Source: Gemmatimonadota bacterium
GTDB lineage: Bacteria > Gemmatimonadota > Gemmatimonadetes > Palauibacterales > Palauibacteraceae
NCBI GenBank assembly: GCA_963666735.1
Contig: OY762926.1
Location: 800,001 to 864,000 of the forward strand
Length of the DNA: 64,000 bases
Direction: 5' to 3'
Below the pieces are notes generated by a model. The model did no database searches. It was given only the letters and a program-made list of their open reading frames with translations, and was not told the origin of the DNA. Positions 59,580 to 64,000 of the stretch are shown piece after piece. The position numbers and the translations under genes were made by a program. Position 1 is the first letter of the stretch, and each line of letters begins with the position of its first letter.

Positions 59580-61045
59580 TCGCGCCGCCTCTTCGCCCTG
59601 AGACCGGGCGACCGGGCCCTTCCCGCGCCACGCGGGGCGCGTCTTCGAACCGTGTCCGGCGGTACTCCGAGAGTGTCGGGTGGCGCCCCAACGGTGTCCG
59701 GTGGCGCGCCGGCAGTGTCCGGCGGCGCCCCTGCCGTGTCCGGCGGGATTCCGGGGACGTCGAGACTGTCGGGCGCCGGAGGCACCGTATCCTGCTCCAC
59801 CGCCACGGAATCGCCCTCGACGGCGGCCGAGTCCTCCACCGCGACCGAGTCGGCGGCCGTCGCCGAGTCGTCGGACGGGGGCTCCGGCTCAGCCACAAAG
59901 GACGTATCACCGCCTCCCGCGAGACGACGAACGTTCACCGCGCCCGTGACGGAAACCCGGTAGGTCCCGGAGTCGATCACCGTCGCGAGCCGCACGGTGA
60001 TGAACCTCGACGGAAGAATGGGATCCTCCTCCGTGACGGAGTCGGACGCCGCGCTGCCCGCGGAATCCGGGCTCGGCGCCTCCACGGCCGCGGAATCCGC
60101 CACCGCCGTCGAGTCACCCACGGCCGCGGAATCCGCCACCGCCGCCGAATCCGCCGCCGCGATGGAGTCCGCGAGCGCCGCGGAGTCGAGGGGAAACGTC
60201 ACCTCGTCGGCCGAACCGATGAGGCTGGCCACGATCTCCAGCGTTTCGTTCGTCGCGGAGTCCCGAATCGTGATGGCGGGTGCCTCCGGTTGAGGGTTGA
60301 GGAGATAATCATCGAACTCGAGCTGCACGGTCTCGCTTCCCACGACGAGCCCGCGAGCGAGCACGGGCGGCGTCGTGTCCGGCGCCACGAGGACGAACCT
60401 CAACTCCGTCGGCGTGTCGGGCGCAGCCGCCACGGACGCGCTGTCATACGATTCGAGTTCGCGGTCGGGAATCATGTTGCGATTGCGGTCGACGAACCCG
60501 AAGGCTTCGTACTCGCCCGGCGGCAGACCGCGCGCCACGAACCTTCCGATGCTGTCCGAGATCGCGCCGTACGGGACGGAGTCCGGGCCCGCCCAGAAGA
60601 TGACCCGCGCCTCTTCGAGCGGTTGCCCCGTCAGTGCGTCGATCACTTCCCCCTCGACCGACGCGTCCAGGATCTCCGCTCCCGTGGAAAAGCAGAATTC
60701 GACCGGGACTTCCATCCCGTTGCGCAAGAGGTCGTTGATCCCGGAGGTCGGAATCGTGAAACAGTACACGACGCTGTCCCGCCACCCGTCCTCCGGCCGG
60801 AGACGCAGGTCCGCGAACCCCACCTCGGACTCGTACGTCTCCATCGGGCTGACGAACATCTCCCTCGCAATCCCGTTCGGTATCCGCACGGGTTCGCTGA
60901 AGCGGATTTCGAGCGCGCCGTCGAAGTCGACGACCGTCGAATCCGGCGCGGGACGGATGCGGACGATGGATGGAGGGATCTCGTCGGGTCGCGCTCCGGG
61001 CGGAGGCATCTCCCTCGCGCAGCCCAGCATGATGAGGAGAGCCAT
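59576..61045 (-). CDS. Ig-like domain lipoprotein with D-S/T-x repeat arrays
   Basis: Lipobox MLGC, A...PPPG..PD..PP N-terminus typical of Big_5-type lipoproteins, low-complexity repeats. Confidence 0.8.
   Translation of the reverse strand: MALLIMLGCAREMPPPGARPDEIPPSIVRIRPAPDSTVVDFDGALEIRFSEPVRIPNGIAREMFVSPMETYESEVGFADLRLRPEDGWRDSVVYCFTIPTSGINDLLRNGMEVPVEFCFSTGAEILDASVEGEVIDALTGQPLEEARVIFWAGPDSVPYGAISDSIGRFVARGLPPGEYEAFGFVDRNRNMIPDRELESYDSASVAAAPDTPTELRFVLVAPDTTPPVLARGLVVGSETVQLEFDDYLLNPQPEAPAITIRDSATNETLEIVASLIGSADEVTFPLDSAALADSIAAADSAAVADSAAVGDSTAVADSAAVEAPSPDSAGSAASDSVTEEDPILPSRFITVRLATVIDSGTYRVSVTGAVNVRRLAGGGDTSFVAEPEPPSDDSATAADSVAVEDSAAVEGDSVAVEQDTVPPAPDSLDVPGIPPDTAGAPPDTAGAPPDTVGAPPDTLGVPPDTVRRRAPRGAGRARSPGLRAKRRRE
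59651..59750 (-). repeat. About five degenerate 21-bp coding repeats (PPDT[A/V/L]G[A/V])
   Basis: PPDTAGA PPDTAGA PPDTVGA PPDTLGV PPDTV. Confidence 0.9.
60083..60190 (-). repeat. Six degenerate 18-bp coding repeats (xDSxAx)
   Basis: LDSAAL ADSIAA ADSAAV ADSAAV GDSTAV ADSAAV. Confidence 0.9.
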
Positions 61046-61137
61046 GGACCCCGCGAGGAGCTTCCCGCCGGCGAAGAGGGCGGCAAATCGTTCGCGGGCT
61101 CCCGGCCCCTGCCCGGAGGTTCCGGGCCCCGTGCGTG

Positions 61138-63828
<2,691 letters not shown>

Positions 63829-64000
63829 GGGGCGGCTCCTGACTGACGGTTTGCGGTGTCGGGAGAACCATCGGTGCGACGGGGAGACCCCCCGGCGTCC
63901 AGGCTGCGGCTCAGTCTAACGGAGGCGCCGCGGCTTCGGAACCGCGGAGCCCTCGGACCCTACGGGGGTCCGCGAACGCGCAGCGTGTCGCCACGCCGGC

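Noticed and set aside
59651..60190. Repeat arrays as CRISPR
   Set aside because: In-frame degenerate 18/21-bp coding repeats with no spacers and no cas genes
63829..64000. T-box upstream of valS, and the end of an upstream gene (..GDTLRVRGPP*)
   Set aside because: No T-box consensus; the fragment is too short to identify

Overview
This 64-kb, very GC-rich window is almost all core bacterial chromosome, mostly on the minus strand. Gene content and order (LPS/Lpt genes, hpf-hprK-mannose-type PTS-ptsI-metK, caa3 oxidase) suggest a diderm, probably Gemmatimonadota; that placement is inference. In order it carries: the start of an mrp/mnh Na+/H+ antiporter operon, lptE, lpxH, tRNA-Sec, ridA, mlaEFD, a 167-bp MITE, greA, tmRNA, a PTS IIA/Zn-ribbon pair, selB, recO, a cobalamin riboswitch with btuFCD and a lipoprotein, metK, a PTS cluster, nusB-rib genes, purM, argS, a propionyl-CoA carboxylase/methylmalonyl-CoA mutase cluster, rpsA, an aroA-cmk fusion, rnz, a caa3 oxidase operon, an IS1202/ISNCY element, msrP, purH/purN, selA, an Ig-like lipoprotein and valS. 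The most notable signals are: (1) a lipoprotein with 26 D-(S/T)-(A/I/L/V/M/T) motifs, mostly in tandem arrays, matching the Bacteroidota O-glycosylation sequon; (2) selC lying entirely inside a same-strand ORF; (3) two genes that appear to start at ATC with identical SD and overlap geometry; (4) a candidate cation riboswitch upstream of mnhE; (5) a possible BtuG-like B12-capture lipoprotein behind a compact cobalamin riboswitch. All calls come from reading the sequence; no searches were run.
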